Below are positions 63,591 through 64,000 of a DNA stretch of 64,000 bases, piece after piece. The first letter of the stretch is position 1. Every line of letters begins with the position of its first letter. Below the pieces are notes generated by a model. The model did no database searches. It was not told the origin of the DNA and was given only the letters and a program-made list of their open reading frames with translations. Origin of the DNA: Promethearchaeota archaeon (GTDB lineage: Archaea; Asgardarchaeota; Lokiarchaeia; Sigyniarchaeales; SOKP01). Location of the stretch: assembly GCA_008080735.1 (NCBI GenBank), contig SHMW01000006.1, forward strand, positions 3,215 through 67,214, in the 5' to 3' direction. The translations under genes were made by a program, and so were the position numbers.

Positions 63591-63599
63591 TTTTTTTTT
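63591..63599 (+). terminator. Oligo-T tract (T9) 30 nt after the gcvH stop
   Basis: cctttcTTTTTTTTTa read directly. Confidence 0.35.
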
Positions 63600-63614
63600 A
63601 TATTAACCTCTCTC

Positions 63615-64000
63615 ATGAATGAAACCACTAAATTTACATTAGGTCTGATAGTCAATCCCATCTCTGGTATGGGTGGGAGCGTAGGACTGAAAGGAACGGA
63701 TGGAAGGGATACGCTAACCAAGGCGATCTCCCTTGGTGCCGAGCCGAATGCGCTGAATAGAACAAAGGAAGTATTAACCGAGTTAAGATCAGTTAAATCC
63801 AAGCTGAAATTTGTTACTTGCCCAAAATTTATGGGCGAAAACGCAATCAAAGAATTCGGATTCAATTATGAGATTCTCGAGGATCCAATATTTAATGAAT
63901 ATGAAAGCATCTATGATACCACCGCAGAGCATACCAAAATAATGGCAGACAACTTAAAACAACGTTCCGATATTGATCTGCTCCTATTTGTTGGAGGGGA
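63615..64000 (+). CDS. ATP-NAD kinase-like family protein (COG3199-like), 3'-truncated by window end
   Basis: Not in the ORF track because there is no stop. My own translation: MNETTKFTLGLIVNPISGMGGSVGLKGTDGRDTLTKAISLGAEP...DIDLLLFVGG. The N-terminal IVNP.SGmGG..GLKGTDG pattern is typical of this family. Confidence 0.68.
   Translation, partial: MNETTKFTLGLIVNPISGMGGSVGLKGTDGRDTLTKAISLGAEPNALNRTKEVLTELRSVKSKLKFVTCPKFMGENAIKEFGFNYEILEDPIFNEYESIYDTTAEHTKIMADNLKQRSDIDLLLFVGG

Noticed and set aside
63539-63865. 108-aa minus-strand ORF in the track
   Set aside because: The plus strand from ATG 63615 to the window end translates to a clear ATP-NAD-kinase-like N-terminus (LIVNPISGMGGSVGLKGTDG). It is absent from the track only because it lacks a stop. 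The minus-strand ORF is its shadow.
1-64000. Looked for rRNA genes, CRISPR arrays, IS elements/transposases, integrases, phage genes, toxin-antitoxin pairs and known defence-system genes
   Set aside because: None were recognised. All long ORFs are accounted for by housekeeping, surface, glycosylation or uncharacterised conserved-looking proteins, and no inverted terminal repeats or direct-repeat arrays were seen.

Overview
AT-rich (by eye about one-third G+C, not computed), densely coding chromosomal window with about 57 protein genes and one intron-containing tRNA. I recognised no rRNA, CRISPR array, transposase, integrase or prophage. The gene content indicates an archaeon, and I infer an Asgard (Lokiarchaeia-like) lineage. 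The supporting genes are archaeal translation and transcription genes (Trm1, RlmE, type-2 MetAP, a TFE-beta/RPC34-like factor, a tRNA-Gln with a non-canonical intron) alongside many 'eukaryotic signature'-type proteins. These include a ribophorin I-like protein near a eukaryote-like Sec61-beta, an ALG7/AglH-type GlcNAc-1-P transferase, a Trm112-like protein with a large central insert, a Roadblock/LC7 protein, two V4R (Bet3/TRAPP-related) proteins, two 23-residue-type LRR proteins and Rad51/RadA paralogs. Main blocks: (i) 26-11132, a seven-gene MoxR AAA+/DUF58-vWA/transglutaminase-like/DUF4129/DUF4350 module with very large, sequon-rich surface proteins. (ii) 11155-16805 (minus strand), a six-gene operon joining F420 maturation (CofD, a CofE-nitroreductase fusion) to lipoylation (LplA flanked by two radical-SAM proteins of the LipS1/LipS2 kind). 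(iii) 18790-24055, a bacterial-type LeuRS, two uncharacterised proteins and a bacterial/eukaryotic-type TIM. (iv) 24185-38904, LRR, HdrC-like, thioredoxin, a V4R pair, a penicillin-acylase-family hydrolase, HEAT-LRR, a 723-aa unknown protein plus Roadblock, and MetAP2. (v) 38956-52939, a glycosylation/translocon neighbourhood. (vi) 52960-64000, a permease, RecA-family paralogs, class I FBPase, RNA methyltransferases, MptE-like, GcvH, and a partial NAD-kinase-like gene at the window edge. All functional calls come from motif and pattern recognition in the translated ORFs; no database search was run. My best candidates for undescribed biology are the Roadblock + 723-aa protein pair, the translationally coupled V4R pair, the ribophorin-I-like/Sec61-beta/Trm112-insert neighbourhood, and the transglutaminase-like protein whose catalytic triad appears substituted.
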